Shown: in pieces, positions 1-10,218 of the stretch
How positions within the stretch are numbered: position 1 is the first letter of the stretch
Layout: the number at the start of each line of letters is the position of its first letter
Assembly: GCA_963848295.1 (NCBI GenBank)
Contig: CAWKDB010000010.1
Coordinates: 4,128,001 to 4,192,000 of the forward strand
Length of the DNA stretch: 64,000 bases
DNA from: an uncultured delta proteobacterium
Lineage (GTDB): Bacteria; Myxococcota_A; Polyangia; Haliangiales; Haliangiaceae
Reading direction: 5' to 3'
Made by a program: the position numbers and the translations under genes
The notes under the pieces: model-generated
Database searches by the model: none
Told to the model about the DNA's origin: nothing
Seen by the model: only the letters and a program-made list of their open reading frames with translations

Positions 1-1
1 T

Positions 2-244
2 CACGACGCGATGCTGCGGGCGATCGACAGCGCGATCGACCACGGCGACTACGTGCTCGGCGACATGTTCTCGATCGCCGACGTCATCTTCGGCGGCGCG
101 CTCCGCTTCATGGTGCGCTTCAAGATGATCGCAGCCAGCCCGGTCGTGGCCGCATACCTCGAGCGGATCTCGGCACGCCCCGCGTGTCAGCGCGCGGACG
201 CGCGTAACGCGGCGATCGCGAAGGACCACGGCCTCACGCCGTAG
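2..244 (+). CDS. Glutathione S-transferase family protein, C-terminal part (5' end outside window)
   Basis: GST C-terminal motif YVLGDMFSIADV...YLERISARPACQRA; frame open from the window edge. Confidence 0.8.
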   Translation, partial: HDAMLRAIDSAIDHGDYVLGDMFSIADVIFGGALRFMVRFKMIAASPVVAAYLERISARPACQRADARNAAIAKDHGLTP

Positions 245-253
245 CCGCCGGAT

Positions 254-697
254 CTAAACGACCTCGGCGGCGCTCTTGAACACGAAGTAGCGCTGCGCGG
301 GATACGTCCAAGCCGCGAACACGACCACCGAGCTCGGTAGCTTCGCGAGCACGTACGGCACGCTCAGCTCGACCGCGAACAGCTGCATCGCGAGCGCCAT
401 CAGCACCGCCGTGCCGAGCGAGACGCTCGCGAAGCGAAGCATCTGATCGAACGCGAGCGGCGAGCGATCGCGGAACGCGAGGTACTTGCCCAACGCGAAG
501 TGGGCGACCGCGCCGCAGGCCGCGGCGATGAATGCCGCGACGAGGACTCGCGAGCCGGTCTCGACGAGCGCGACCAGCACGATCATGTCGACGACGCCCG
601 CCGCGATGCTGGCGACTCCGGCGGAGAAGAAGACCTTCACGCCGGCCCATGACAGTCGCCGCGGCCCCGCGCGAGCTGCGGCGTCAGTCGCGGTCAC
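254..697 (-). CDS. GtrA-family membrane protein
   Basis: Four hydrophobic helices; GtrA pattern (HFALGKYLAFR...LRFASVS...AKL...YPAQRYFVF); GTG start at 697 uncertain. Confidence 0.8.
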   Translation of the reverse strand: MTATDAAARAGPRRLSWAGVKVFFSAGVASIAAGVVDMIVLVALVETGSRVLVAAFIAAACGAVAHFALGKYLAFRDRSPLAFDQMLRFASVSLGTAVLMALAMQLFAVELSVPYVLAKLPSSVVVFAAWTYPAQRYFVFKSAAEVV

Positions 698-1044
698 GCG
701 CGAACCACCTTGCTTTTTCGCGCCCGCGCGCACCGCACCGTCGAGGTCGACCGCATGTGACCTAACTTTCTGGACGGCGCACCTCGGTGGAGCGCTCGCT
801 CTGGTCTCCAGCAAGCTAGGTCGTACGCCGCCGCTCGAACACGCATAACTCTGTCACGGACCGGCCGCCGCTATTCCGGCCCGTTACCTCGCGTGGATGC
901 GAGCACAGCCGGCGTAGCTCACGCGCACGCGGTTCCGAGTGCGCGCCTGCACCGGCGGGCGGAGCTTCACCGGGCGTGATCGCTCGACGACGACGCGCAG
1001 TGGCCGCAGCGCGATCCCACCGTCGAAGAAGCGTTGCGCGAAGC

Positions 1045-1060
1045 CGGCACGCCCGATGCT
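1045..1060 (+). promoter_or_regulatory. Putative sigma54 -24/-12 promoter
   Basis: cGGcacgcccgatGCt (GG-N10-GC), upstream of RBS AAGGAG (1082-1087) and the start at 1094. Confidence 0.6.
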
Positions 1061-1093
1061 CGAGGTTGTCGGCAAACCTTTAAGGAGATAGTG

Positions 1094-1861
1094 ATGATGT
1101 CCAAGACTGTCACACTAGTCGTGTGTCTGGGCGCACTGGCGCTGACGCGTACCGCGGCCGCGGACCCGAGCCCTGCGACGACACCCGAGCCGACCCCGGT
1201 CGAGACCGGCGCCCCCGTGCCGACGGTCACGACGACGACCACGACGACCACCAACACGGTGCCGACCCTCGCCGAGGAGAACGACTGGTACAGCTATGCG
1301 TGGAACGAGCCCCGTCTCTCTTCCCAGATCGGCGTCGGGGTCGTCGTCGGCGGCGGGGTCACCGGCTTCACCGACAAGACGATGCGCGACAGCATGTCGT
1401 CGGATGTCGGCGGGCTGTGGGATGCGCGCTTGTCGATCGGAACGCACGTTCCGATCGGAATCGACGTCAGCTATCTCGGCACCGCGGCGGACGTCACGAC
1501 CCTCGCCGGCGTGCCCAACGGGACGCTGGTGGGGACAACCGTCGAGGCCGCGCTTCGTTGGAACATCTTCCCGCACTCGATCCTCGATCCGTACGTGTTC
1601 GCGGGCGCGGGCTGGCAGCGCTACGACGTGACGAGCATGGCGTTGCCGGTCGCGGACTCGGGCATGAGGGCGAGCGACAACGTCGCCGAGTTTCCGATGG
1701 GGACGGGCATCGCGTTCCGCGACCCGAGCGGCTTCACGCTGGACCTCCGCGGCACGTTCCGCGCGACGACGGACTCGACCCTCTTGCTCAATCAAGAGAC
1801 CGGCAACTACGCGAAGCTGCACACCTGGGAAGCTAGCGCCGCACTCGGCTACGAATTTTGA
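1094..1861 (+). CDS. Secreted outer-membrane beta-barrel-like protein with Pro/Thr-rich linker
   Basis: Signal peptide (LTRTAAA), poly-Thr linker, alternating beta strands, PYVFAGAG strand, C-terminal GYEF; strong RBS. Confidence 0.75.
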   Translation: MMSKTVTLVVCLGALALTRTAAADPSPATTPEPTPVETGAPVPTVTTTTTTTTNTVPTLAEENDWYSYAWNEPRLSSQIGVGVVVGGGVTGFTDKTMRDSMSSDVGGLWDARLSIGTHVPIGIDVSYLGTAADVTTLAGVPNGTLVGTTVEAALRWNIFPHSILDPYVFAGAGWQRYDVTSMALPVADSGMRASDNVAEFPMGTGIAFRDPSGFTLDLRGTFRATTDSTLLLNQETGNYAKLHTWEASAALGYEF

Positions 1862-1901
1862 GTCTTGAGGTCCGGCCCGCCACGCTGTTACCGTCGGCGG
1901 G

Positions 1902-2393
1902 TTGGACCGGCCGTATGTTCTCGGGGCCATGCTGGTCGCCGCCTGCTCGTCATCGAGCTCGGCGACGATCGCGCATCCGTTCGATGCCTGCAGCGCGCTG
2001 GAGCTCGACGCGCCCGGCGCGAGCGATGCCGAGCTCGCGAGCATCGACGAGGCGATCGCGTTGTGGCAAGCCGTCGACCTCACCGCACCGAGCCGGACCG
2101 CCGCGGCCGACGCACCCGCAGTGACGATCGTGTTCGAGCCAGGCAGCCCGGCTTGGTACGGCTACTTCGATGATGTCGCCGGCGCGATCTACATCAACAC
2201 CGAGCTGTCCGATGACCGCCGTGCGATCACGCTCGCTCACGAGCTCGGCCACGCGTTCGGCTTGGTGCACGTGCCGCCCGCACAACGCGCCTCGGTGATG
2301 AACGCCGGAAACTTGACGGTCGTACCGACCGATGACGACCACACAGCGATCGAAGCGATCTGGGGCAGCTGCGCCGACACGCCGGCCTCGTAG
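1902..2393 (+). CDS. Matrixin-like (metzincin) zinc metalloprotease lipoprotein
   Basis: Lipobox LVAAC; HELGHAFGLVH (HExxHxxGxxH) and Met-turn SVMNA. Confidence 0.8.
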   Translation: MDRPYVLGAMLVAACSSSSSATIAHPFDACSALELDAPGASDAELASIDEAIALWQAVDLTAPSRTAAADAPAVTIVFEPGSPAWYGYFDDVAGAIYINTELSDDRRAITLAHELGHAFGLVHVPPAQRASVMNAGNLTVVPTDDDHTAIEAIWGSCADTPAS

Positions 2394-2401
2394 GGCCACC
2401 G

Positions 2402-3400
2402 CTACTTGACGTACTTGACGTTGAGGTCGACGTACATCGAGTCGCCGACCGAGTCGTACATCCCGCCGGTCAACAGGCTCGCGGCGCCAGCTCCGGCGTG
2501 TGCCAGGATCGGACCGATCTTGACGCTGATCGATCCGCCTGCGGCGATCCGGCCGCCACCGCTGCCGGTCAGCGAGTAGCCTGCGCCGGTGAAGATGCCG
2601 AGGTCGGCGCTCAGCCGGACCAACGATCCGATCTTGATGATCACCGCCGTCGGGATCTGGATCGCCTGCTGCGAGCCGGTCGGCGAGGATTGATCGATGA
2701 TCGTCGGCATCAACGAGAAGTCGAGGAGCGAGCTGAGCTTGAGCCTCGCGATCACCCCGGTGGTGAAGCCCGGCTCGAAGTTGCCGATGAAGTTTGGATA
2801 GTCCTTGTCGCTCAGGAGCATCGCGCCCTCGTGCATGTATCCAGCGCTGAGCTCGACCCCTAGCTCGCTGGTGCTCGCGGTCTCACCCGGTTCAGGCGGC
2901 TTCTTCGGAATCCTGGCCTCGAGGCGCACATCGAAGCCGCCGAACGTCTTCGGATCGTCTCCGTTCATCAGCATGTCGGGCTTCTTGACCGCGACCGGCG
3001 CGGTAGCGTTCACGGTGAGCCAGCGCGCCACCAAGACCTTGCCTTTGAGATCGACCGCGATCCAGTTGTAGGTCGCGAAGTGGCCGGACTCGTCGGGCCC
3101 GTTCGGGAAACGGACCTGACCGCCGGCATCGAAGTCGCCGGCCTTGGGCATCTTCGGCGCACGGACCGGCGGAGGCAGCGCGACATGTTGCTCCGCCCCG
3201 AGTGGGTCGCCGGACGTCGTCGGATCGGGTGTTGTGGGCAGCTGCGGCGCGGTGGGCAGCGGCGCGGCGGGCGGCAGCGGCGCGGCGGGCGGCAGCGGCG
3301 CGGCCGGCGGCTGGTTTGGATCTGCAGGCTGTGCAGCTGCCGATGCGGTCAAAGCGACGGTCGCGAGCAGCGCGACCGAGACAGGGCGACGGTTGGTCAT
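2402..3400 (-). CDS. Secreted Pro-rich, probable outer-membrane barrel protein
   Basis: Signal peptide ASAAAQ, AAPLPP repeats, beta-rich C-terminus ending VDLNVKYVK. Confidence 0.7.
   Translation of the reverse strand: MTNRRPVSVALLATVALTASAAAQPADPNQPPAAPLPPAAPLPPAAPLPTAPQLPTTPDPTTSGDPLGAEQHVALPPPVRAPKMPKAGDFDAGGQVRFPNGPDESGHFATYNWIAVDLKGKVLVARWLTVNATAPVAVKKPDMLMNGDDPKTFGGFDVRLEARIPKKPPEPGETASTSELGVELSAGYMHEGAMLLSDKDYPNFIGNFEPGFTTGVIARLKLSSLLDFSLMPTIIDQSSPTGSQQAIQIPTAVIIKIGSLVRLSADLGIFTGAGYSLTGSGGGRIAAGGSISVKIGPILAHAGAGAASLLTGGMYDSVGDSMYVDLNVKYVK
3255..3310. repeat. 18-bp in-frame tandem repeat (about 3 copies, AAPLPP)
   Basis: ggcagcggcgcggcgggc repeated within CDS 2402-3400. Confidence 0.7.
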
Positions 3401-3497
3401 GCGTTCCCTCCATCATCGTGGGGATTCGCTTTGCCCTGCTAGCCGCCTCACCGTGAGTCACGCGTGAGTCCCCGCGAGCTCTCGACTATGATGAGGG

Positions 3498-4343
3498 ATG
3501 CGCGCCTTCCTGCTCGTGCCAGCGATCGCGGCACTCCTCGGCGTGACAGCAGCGCGCGCGGAGCCGACGCCTCAACAGCGGGCGAGGGCGCTGATCGATC
3601 TGCAGGCAAAGGCGATCGATGATCGGAACGAGGAGGTGCTCTACGCGACGTTCACCCAGGACGCGGTGATCCTGGTGCCGGACCCGCGGCCGATGACGCG
3701 CGGCGATCAGATCGACGCGATCCGGCGAACCAGCCCGCACGAGTCGCTGAACTCGGCGAAGGTCGGCAAGCTCGTCGCGGGCGGTGACGCGAACGCGGTG
3801 TGGCTCGACGCCGAGCTCGCGATCGATGTCGCGGGTGCGGAGCCGGGGTACGGGATGCACCGCGAGGTCAAGATGCTGCGCGTGACCGAGCTCGCGACCG
3901 CGGACACCGGCTGGAAGGTGGTCGCCGCGGCGTTCTCGGAGCCGGGCACCGTCACGGAGGCACGGCAGCCGCCGTCGCCGATCGAGGGCAAGAGCGAGCC
4001 GCCGACGGCGCTCAGTGACTTGCTCGCGTCACCAGTGAAGCTCGAGGCCGCGCTCGGCAAGGACGCGAGTGTCACCGTGTTCGGGACCAGCCAGGGCGAG
4101 GTCGCCTACGGCGGCCCGGCCGCGCATGCGCTGCTGAGATCCTGGAGCAAGCTCGCGCTCTCGCTCTCGGGGGCACCGCGCGAGATGCACGGCAAGGGCT
4201 GGGCGTTCGCACTCGGCTACGTCGACTGGAAGCAGAAGCCGGGCGACAAGTTCCCGGCCCGGATGAGCGGCCTCGTGATCGCGCAGCCCGCCGCGAACAA
4301 CCGGTGGACCGTGGTCGCCGTCCAGTACACCGCCGGCGACTGA
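3498..4343 (+). CDS. Secreted tandem NTF2/SnoaL-like domain protein
   Basis: Signal peptide (ARA); two NTF2-like units ending WKVVAAAFS and WTVVAVQYT. Confidence 0.65.
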   Translation: MRAFLLVPAIAALLGVTAARAEPTPQQRARALIDLQAKAIDDRNEEVLYATFTQDAVILVPDPRPMTRGDQIDAIRRTSPHESLNSAKVGKLVAGGDANAVWLDAELAIDVAGAEPGYGMHREVKMLRVTELATADTGWKVVAAAFSEPGTVTEARQPPSPIEGKSEPPTALSDLLASPVKLEAALGKDASVTVFGTSQGEVAYGGPAAHALLRSWSKLALSLSGAPREMHGKGWAFALGYVDWKQKPGDKFPARMSGLVIAQPAANNRWTVVAVQYTAGD

Positions 4344-4392
4344 AGAACCCGTTCGATCACCGCCCGCCGGAGTAGGACGCAGTTACTATGGA

Positions 4393-4953
4393 GTGGCGAT
4401 GGAGAGCTTCGTTCAGGGCTGGTCGCTCACCATCTTGCTGTGCGCATTCATCGTGCTGGTGTTCCTCGCCGGCTGGCTCCATGTCCATCGCGAGCTCGCG
4501 TGGGTCAAGGCGCTGACCGATCACCTCGGCTACGAGCTCGTCAGTGAAGAACCTGCGAAGCCGGGCTCGCTCGAGCAGCAGCAGATCCGCGACGAAGCCC
4601 ACGCGATCCTCGCCGCGAAAGACCCGGCGTGGGCGCAGAAGCAGGTGCGGAGCTGGCAGATGCGCGCGCAGCGACTCGAGCCCGCGCTCGCGTTCTGGGT
4701 CGACTTGTTGCGCCAGCTCGGGCTGCTCGGCACCGTGCTCGGCATCGGGCTCTCGCTCGCGTACACCGGCAGCGATCTGACGAAGCTGCTCGGGCCGCTC
4801 GCGCTCAAGGTGTGGACGACCGTCGCCGGCCTCGCGTGCAGCATCTTGTTGTCGGCGAGCTTCGCGATGACGGTCACCGCGTGGGTCGACGCGGCCGAGA
4901 AGAACCTCGAAGCCTGGGACGCGCGCCGGCGCACGCGCGGAGAATCGCGGTGA
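4393..4953 (+). CDS. MotA/TolQ/ExbB proton-channel family protein
   Basis: LGLLGTVLGI and TTVAGL motifs, three TM helices. Confidence 0.8.
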   Translation: MAMESFVQGWSLTILLCAFIVLVFLAGWLHVHRELAWVKALTDHLGYELVSEEPAKPGSLEQQQIRDEAHAILAAKDPAWAQKQVRSWQMRAQRLEPALAFWVDLLRQLGLLGTVLGIGLSLAYTGSDLTKLLGPLALKVWTTVAGLACSILLSASFAMTVTAWVDAAEKNLEAWDARRRTRGESR

Positions 4954-5516
4954 GCCGTTCGCGCCGCCACCTGCGGATGCCGCCGGATCTGACGTCGCTG
5001 TTCGACGTGTTGTTCATCGTGATCTTCGCGGCGCTGATCCGCGCGACCGCGGCGCAGCAAGTCGCGGCCGCCGCGACCGCACCGCCGCCGCCCGTGCCCC
5101 GCGCGGTGCCGCTCGATCCGGCGTCGCTCCACGCGCGCGCTCTCGCCACGCTCGATCACGAGCTCGCCGCGCGGCCCGCGATCGTCGTACGCGTCTCGGC
5201 GGCCGGCACCGTGACCGCGCTCGATGCCGAAGGTTCGACGACGCCGCTCGACGTGCCGTTACTCGAGCACAGCCCCGATCCCGACGTCGCGGTGTCCTAT
5301 CTCGGCGATCGCTCGGCCGAGCTGCGGATCTGCGGGATCGCCGCGCTCCATGTCGGTGCCGCGACGCTCGCGCGCGACCTCGTGATCGTGGCGCCGGATC
5401 GCGCGCTCGCCGACTTGCCACACGCGCTGTTCGACGGCTTGCACCGCGACGTCGAGCGCTGTCTCGCCGAGCAGCAGGCCCTCGCGGTCATCATCGATCC
5501 GGCGGCGGCGCCATGA
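4950..5516 (+). CDS. ExbD/TolR-like protein
   Basis: GTG overlaps the upstream TGA; PDLTSLFDVLFIVIF with the conserved TM Asp. Confidence 0.7.
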   Translation: MSRSRRHLRMPPDLTSLFDVLFIVIFAALIRATAAQQVAAAATAPPPPVPRAVPLDPASLHARALATLDHELAARPAIVVRVSAAGTVTALDAEGSTTPLDVPLLEHSPDPDVAVSYLGDRSAELRICGIAALHVGAATLARDLVIVAPDRALADLPHALFDGLHRDVERCLAEQQALAVIIDPAAAP

Positions 5517-5920
5517 GCGAGCTAGCCAAGGATGTCGCGAAGGAGCTCGACCGCAGGCGGCGCCGTCGTCGCCTGATCTTCGCCGCGGTCTGGATCGCGC
5601 TGATCGCGCTCGCGCTCGTCTACGTCCGCTGCGGCGGGAGCTGGGGGCTCGGCGGTCGCGGCTCCGGTGCTGGTTCTGGCTCCGGCGCTGGCACCGCGAG
5701 CGATGGCGGCCCGCACCGCTGCGCGCTCCGGATCGCGGCGAGCGGCGTCACCGTCGACGGACGAGCCGTCACGCGCGAAGCGGCGGTCGCGATCTGTCGC
5801 TCGGCGGGCGGCGCGGACGTCGTCGTGACCGGCGACGCACGCGAAGGCGACTGGGAGGCGGTGCGCGCCGCGCTCGAGGCCGCGAAGGTCCCGGTGTTCG
5901 TGCGCGAATCGGCCCGCTGA
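5513..5920 (+). CDS. Membrane-anchored protein with ExbD-like periplasmic domain
   Basis: ATGA overlap; Arg-rich N-terminus, TM helix, Gly/Ser linker, VTVDGRAV...VVVTGDA...VRAALEAA pattern. Confidence 0.6.
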   Translation: MSELAKDVAKELDRRRRRRRLIFAAVWIALIALALVYVRCGGSWGLGGRGSGAGSGSGAGTASDGGPHRCALRIAASGVTVDGRAVTREAAVAICRSAGGADVVVTGDAREGDWEAVRAALEAAKVPVFVRESAR

Positions 5921-5929
5921 CCACCGGTG

Positions 5930-8900
5930 CTACTGGCCGAGGCTGCCCGGGGTCTTGCGCCGCTCGCGCGCGGTCTCGATCACGGTGTAGAGGACCGGGA
6001 TCACGCCGAGGTTCAGCACGGTCGACAGGATCATGCCGCCGAACACGGTCGTGCCGAGCGAGCGGCGGCTCGCAGCGCCCGAGCCCGACGCGAGCACGAG
6101 CGGCAGCACGCCGAACACGAACGCGAGCGACGTCATGAGGATCGGTCGCAGACGAATCTTCGCCGCCTCGATCGCCGAATCCGCGATCGATCTGCCCTTC
6201 GCGCGCAATTGCTCCGCGAATTCGACGATCAGGATCGCGTTCTTGCTCGCGAGCCCGACGAGCATGACCATACCGATCTGCGCGAACACGTCGGTATCGA
6301 GGCCGCGCGCGGCGATCAGGATCAGCGCGCCGAGGATCGCGAGCGGCACGGCGAGCATCACGATCAGCGGCAGGACGAAGCTATCGTACTGTGCCGCCAG
6401 GACGAGGTACGCGACCACGATCGCGAGCGCGAACAGCAGCGCGATCTGATGACCGGCGCGCTGTTGCTCGAGCGACAGGCCGGCCCACTCGTGAGTCATC
6501 CCGGCAGGCAGGATGCGATCGGACAGCCGCTCCATGATCTTCATCGCATCGCCGGAGCTGGTCCCGGGCGCGGGCGAGCCGTTGATCTCGGCGGCGCGGA
6601 ACAGGTTGAAGTGCGTGATCACCTGCGGTGCGGTGGTCGGGGTGGCGTGGACGAGCTCGTCGAGCCTGATCAGCTCGCCCTTCGCCGAGCGCACGTAGAG
6701 CGAAGCGAGCGCGGCCGGATCGGCGCGATACGGTGCGTCGGCCTGGACGTAGACCCGGAACGAGCGGTCGCCGAGGTCGAAGTCGTTGACGTAGCTCGAA
6801 CCGAGATCGATCTGCAGCGCGCTCGCGATCTGCTGGAGCGAGACGCCGAGCGACTTCGCCTTCTCGCGATCGATCGTCACCTCGAGCTGCGGATCGTCGA
6901 CCGTGAACGTCGCGAGCACACCGCGCAGGTGCGGGTCCTTGCTCGCGGCAGCGACGATCTGAAATGTCGCCTGGGCGAGCAGCGCGGGCGGTCCGCCCTC
7001 GCGATCTTCGATCTCGAGCTGGAACCCGCCGAACACGCCGACGCCCTGGATCGACGGCGGCAGGAACGGCACGACGAACGCTCCGCCGATCCCGAACAGC
7101 GGTCCGCGCAACCGATCGATCAGCGCCTGCGCGGAATGCGACGAGCCCGGCCGCTGGTCGAACGGCTTCAGGCCCACGAAGATGATGCCGCGGTTCGAGC
7201 CGGGGCCGGCGAACGAGAAGCCGTTGACGTTGAACACGTGCTCGACCTCGGGCTGCTGCTGGAGCAGCTTCTCGACCTGCTCGGTCACGCCGAGCGTTCG
7301 CTGGAGCGACGCGCCGGACGGCCCCTGCACCGCGATGATGATGTAGCCCTGGTCCTCCTCGGGCACGAACGCCGAGGGCACGCGGGTGTAGACGATCGCG
7401 GTCGCGGCGAGGCCGAGCACGAACAGCCCGATCACGATCACGCGATGGCGCAGGCACCAGCCGAGCGCGCGGCCGTAGTGATCGTGAGTCCAGCCGAGGC
7501 CGCGGTCGATGCCGCCGAAGATCCGGCCTTTCGGCTTGGTCCGCACGCGCAGGAGCTTCGCCGCGGCCGCGGGTGACAGGGTCAGCGCGTTGAACGCCGA
7601 CAGCGTGATCGAGAACGCGATGGTCAGCGCGAACTGCTGGTAGATCCGCCCGGTGGTGCCGGGGAAGAACGACACCGGCACGAATACGGCGACCAGCACG
7701 AGCGACGTCGCGACGACCACGCCGGCGACCTCCTTCATCGCGTGCGACGCGGCCTCGGCCGGTGACTTGCGCTCCTCGTTGAGGTGGCGCTCGATGTTCT
7801 CGATCACGACGATCGCGTCATCGACGACGAGACCGGTCGCGAGCGTCAGGCCGAACAGCGTCAACAAGTTGATCGAGAACCCGAACAGCTTGACGAAGAT
7901 GAACGTACCTATCAGCGAGACCGGGATCGTGATCGCCGGGATGATCGTCGCGCGCCAGCCTTGCAGGAAGATGAAGATCACCGCGATGACGATCACGATC
8001 GCCGCCGCGAGCGTGACGAGCACATCGTCGACCGCGGTCTTGACCGCCGACGTCGGATCGAAGCCGATCTCGTACTCCAGCCCCGGCGGGAAGCGCTTCG
8101 CGAGCTGTTGCAGCCGCGCGTCGACCGCCTTCTCGACGTCGAGCGCGTTCGCGTTCGGCAGCTGGAAGATGCCCACGCCGATCGCGTCGTGGCCGTCGAT
8201 CCGCAGCGTCGCGCCGTAGTCCTCGGCGCCGAGCTCGACCCTGCCGACGTCCTTGAGCTGGACCAGCGTGCCGTCGCTGCCGGTCTTGACGACCATGCGC
8301 TCGAACGCGGCGACATCGGGCAGGCGCCCGGCCGCATGCACGCTGATCTGCACCGCCTGGCCCTTCGGCGCGGGCTCCTTGCCGAGCTGGCCGGCGGCGA
8401 TCTCGATGTTCTGTTCGCGGAGCGCCTCGACGACGTCGTCGGCGGTGAGCTGGCGCGCCGCGAGCTTCGGCGGATCGAGCCAGATCCGCATCGCGTAGGT
8501 GCGCGGGCTGAAGTTGCGCGCCTCGGCGACCCCGGGGATGCGCAGCAGCTCGTCGCGGACGTAGCGGTCGACGTAGTTCGACACGAACACCGACGAGTAC
8601 TCGCCATGTGCGCTGTAGAACGCCGCGGCGAGCACCATCGACGTCGAGCTCTTCGTCACGGTCACACCGGTCGCGCGGACCTCGGCCGGCAGGCGCGGCA
8701 GCGCGGTCTGCACCCGGTTCTGGACGTCGACCGCCGCGAGATCGAGATCGCGCCATGGCTCGAAGGTCACGGTGGTCTGCGACAGGCCGTCGCTCGTGCT
8801 CGACGACTGGATGTAGCGCATGCCCTCGGCGCCGTTGATCGCCTCTTCGATCGGCGTCGTCACCGCGGCCTCGACGGTCTGCGAGCTCGCGCCGATGTAC

Positions 8901-9046
8901 ACCGCGGTCACGACGACCTGCGGCGCCGCGAGCGTCGGATAGCGCGCGACCGGGAGCGTCGGCACCGCGATCGCACCGCCGAGCACGATCAGGATCGCGC
9001 ACACGGTCGCGAGGATCGGCCGCTTGATGAAGAAGTCGACGAACAC
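5930..9046 (-). CDS. RND efflux permease (HAE1/AcrB family)
   Basis: Start VFVDFFIKRPI; GLVVDDAIVVIENIER; KNAILIVEFA; RLRPILMTSLAF; 1038 aa. Confidence 0.95.
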   Translation of the reverse strand: MFVDFFIKRPILATVCAILIVLGGAIAVPTLPVARYPTLAAPQVVVTAVYIGASSQTVEAAVTTPIEEAINGAEGMRYIQSSSTSDGLSQTTVTFEPWRDLDLAAVDVQNRVQTALPRLPAEVRATGVTVTKSSTSMVLAAAFYSAHGEYSSVFVSNYVDRYVRDELLRIPGVAEARNFSPRTYAMRIWLDPPKLAARQLTADDVVEALREQNIEIAAGQLGKEPAPKGQAVQISVHAAGRLPDVAAFERMVVKTGSDGTLVQLKDVGRVELGAEDYGATLRIDGHDAIGVGIFQLPNANALDVEKAVDARLQQLAKRFPPGLEYEIGFDPTSAVKTAVDDVLVTLAAAIVIVIAVIFIFLQGWRATIIPAITIPVSLIGTFIFVKLFGFSINLLTLFGLTLATGLVVDDAIVVIENIERHLNEERKSPAEAASHAMKEVAGVVVATSLVLVAVFVPVSFFPGTTGRIYQQFALTIAFSITLSAFNALTLSPAAAAKLLRVRTKPKGRIFGGIDRGLGWTHDHYGRALGWCLRHRVIVIGLFVLGLAATAIVYTRVPSAFVPEEDQGYIIIAVQGPSGASLQRTLGVTEQVEKLLQQQPEVEHVFNVNGFSFAGPGSNRGIIFVGLKPFDQRPGSSHSAQALIDRLRGPLFGIGGAFVVPFLPPSIQGVGVFGGFQLEIEDREGGPPALLAQATFQIVAAASKDPHLRGVLATFTVDDPQLEVTIDREKAKSLGVSLQQIASALQIDLGSSYVNDFDLGDRSFRVYVQADAPYRADPAALASLYVRSAKGELIRLDELVHATPTTAPQVITHFNLFRAAEINGSPAPGTSSGDAMKIMERLSDRILPAGMTHEWAGLSLEQQRAGHQIALLFALAIVVAYLVLAAQYDSFVLPLIVMLAVPLAILGALILIAARGLDTDVFAQIGMVMLVGLASKNAILIVEFAEQLRAKGRSIADSAIEAAKIRLRPILMTSLAFVFGVLPLVLASGSGAASRRSLGTTVFGGMILSTVLNLGVIPVLYTVIETARERRKTPGSLGQ

Positions 9047-10101
9047 TAGCTCTTCACCTTGGGCTCGATCGGCGCGCCGTCGCGCAGCTTCTGGACGTTC
9101 GAGGTCACGACGCGATCGCCCGACTTCACGCCGCCGAGCGCCACGTACTCGTTGTCGACGAGATCGCCGAGCTTCACCGGCCGTTGCTTCGCGACCTGCT
9201 GCGTGCCGTGCTGCTCCGCGACGTAGACGAAGCTCTGACCGCCGAGCCGCGTCACCGCGAGTGCCGGTATGCGCAACCCGGGATGGGTGTTCCACACGAC
9301 GCGCGCGCGCACGAGCTGGTCGGAGCGCAGCGCGCCCTTGGCGTTGTCGATGTCGGCCTTGACCAGCACCGACTGGGTCTGCGGGTTGACGTCGGCCGAC
9401 ACGAACTTCACGGTGCCGGTCCCGATGATGTGGCTCGCGTCGTCGACCAGCTGGATCTGGGTCTGGTCCGTGATGTCGTGCGCGCGATCGACCGGCACCG
9501 AGACGTTGGCCTCGAGCACGGAGTTATCGGTGACGGTCGTCAGCGTCGTCTGCGGCGTGACGCGGTCGCCGACCCGCGCCGGGATGTCGCCGACCACGCC
9601 ATGGCTCGGCGCGGACACCTTGTAGTAGCGAAGCTGCACCTGGTTCTGCGCGATCGTCGCGCCCGACGCTTCGACCGCGGCGCGTGCGGTGTCGTACTGG
9701 GCCGTCGCGTTGTCGAGCTCCTGCCGAGCCAGCGCACCATCGGCGACCAGCTTCCGAACCTTGGCGAGGTTCTCCTTCGCGAGCCGGAGCTGCGCGACGT
9801 GGCCGGCCTCCTCGGCATGCGCGGCGGCGACCACCGCGGGCTGGCGACCCGGATCGATCTGCACGAGCGGCTGGCCGGCCTCGACGGTCTGGCCCGGCTT
9901 GACGAAGATCTGCGTGATCGTGCCGTCGACCTGCGGCTGGATCGAGGCCGCCGTGCGCGAGCGCAGCGTCGCGAGATACTCGGTCGCATCGACGACCTCG
10001 GTCGGCGCGAGCGTGACGACCTCGACGGACGGCGGCGGCGGTCGCCCGGGCGGTGCCTTGGAACCACACGCGACGAGGCACAGGATCGCGAGGCGGCGCA
10101 T
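9046..10101 (-). CDS. RND periplasmic adaptor (membrane fusion lipoprotein, AcrA family)
   Basis: Lipobox LVAC; IQPQVDGTITQIFVKPGQTV; VSAPSHGVVG; directly upstream of the permease. Confidence 0.93.
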   Translation of the reverse strand: MRRLAILCLVACGSKAPPGRPPPPSVEVVTLAPTEVVDATEYLATLRSRTAASIQPQVDGTITQIFVKPGQTVEAGQPLVQIDPGRQPAVVAAAHAEEAGHVAQLRLAKENLAKVRKLVADGALARQELDNATAQYDTARAAVEASGATIAQNQVQLRYYKVSAPSHGVVGDIPARVGDRVTPQTTLTTVTDNSVLEANVSVPVDRAHDITDQTQIQLVDDASHIIGTGTVKFVSADVNPQTQSVLVKADIDNAKGALRSDQLVRARVVWNTHPGLRIPALAVTRLGGQSFVYVAEQHGTQQVAKQRPVKLGDLVDNEYVALGGVKSGDRVVTSNVQKLRDGAPIEPKVKS

Positions 10102-10218
10102 GGTGCGGTTTACCGCCGCGCCCGCGCTTGAAAAGTGAGCGCGTTCGCCCGCGTGCGGCGGCAGGTGCTCACCGCCTACTGCGCGCGCCTGTCACGGCGC
10201 GGTGGCGAGGAGTACGCG

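Noticed and set aside
3255..3310. Short repeats as a CRISPR array
   Set aside because: In-frame Pro-rich coding repeat with no spacers and no cas genes.
4393..5920. Zorya anti-phage system
   Set aside because: No long ZorA tail, no OmpA-type ZorB domain and no ZorC/D/E genes.
9047..9295. N-terminal extension of the RND permease; similar extensions of ORFs 37718-39799, 50003-52192, 55703-57622 and 60048-62261
   Set aside because: They overlap neighbouring real genes; family-typical starts lie downstream.
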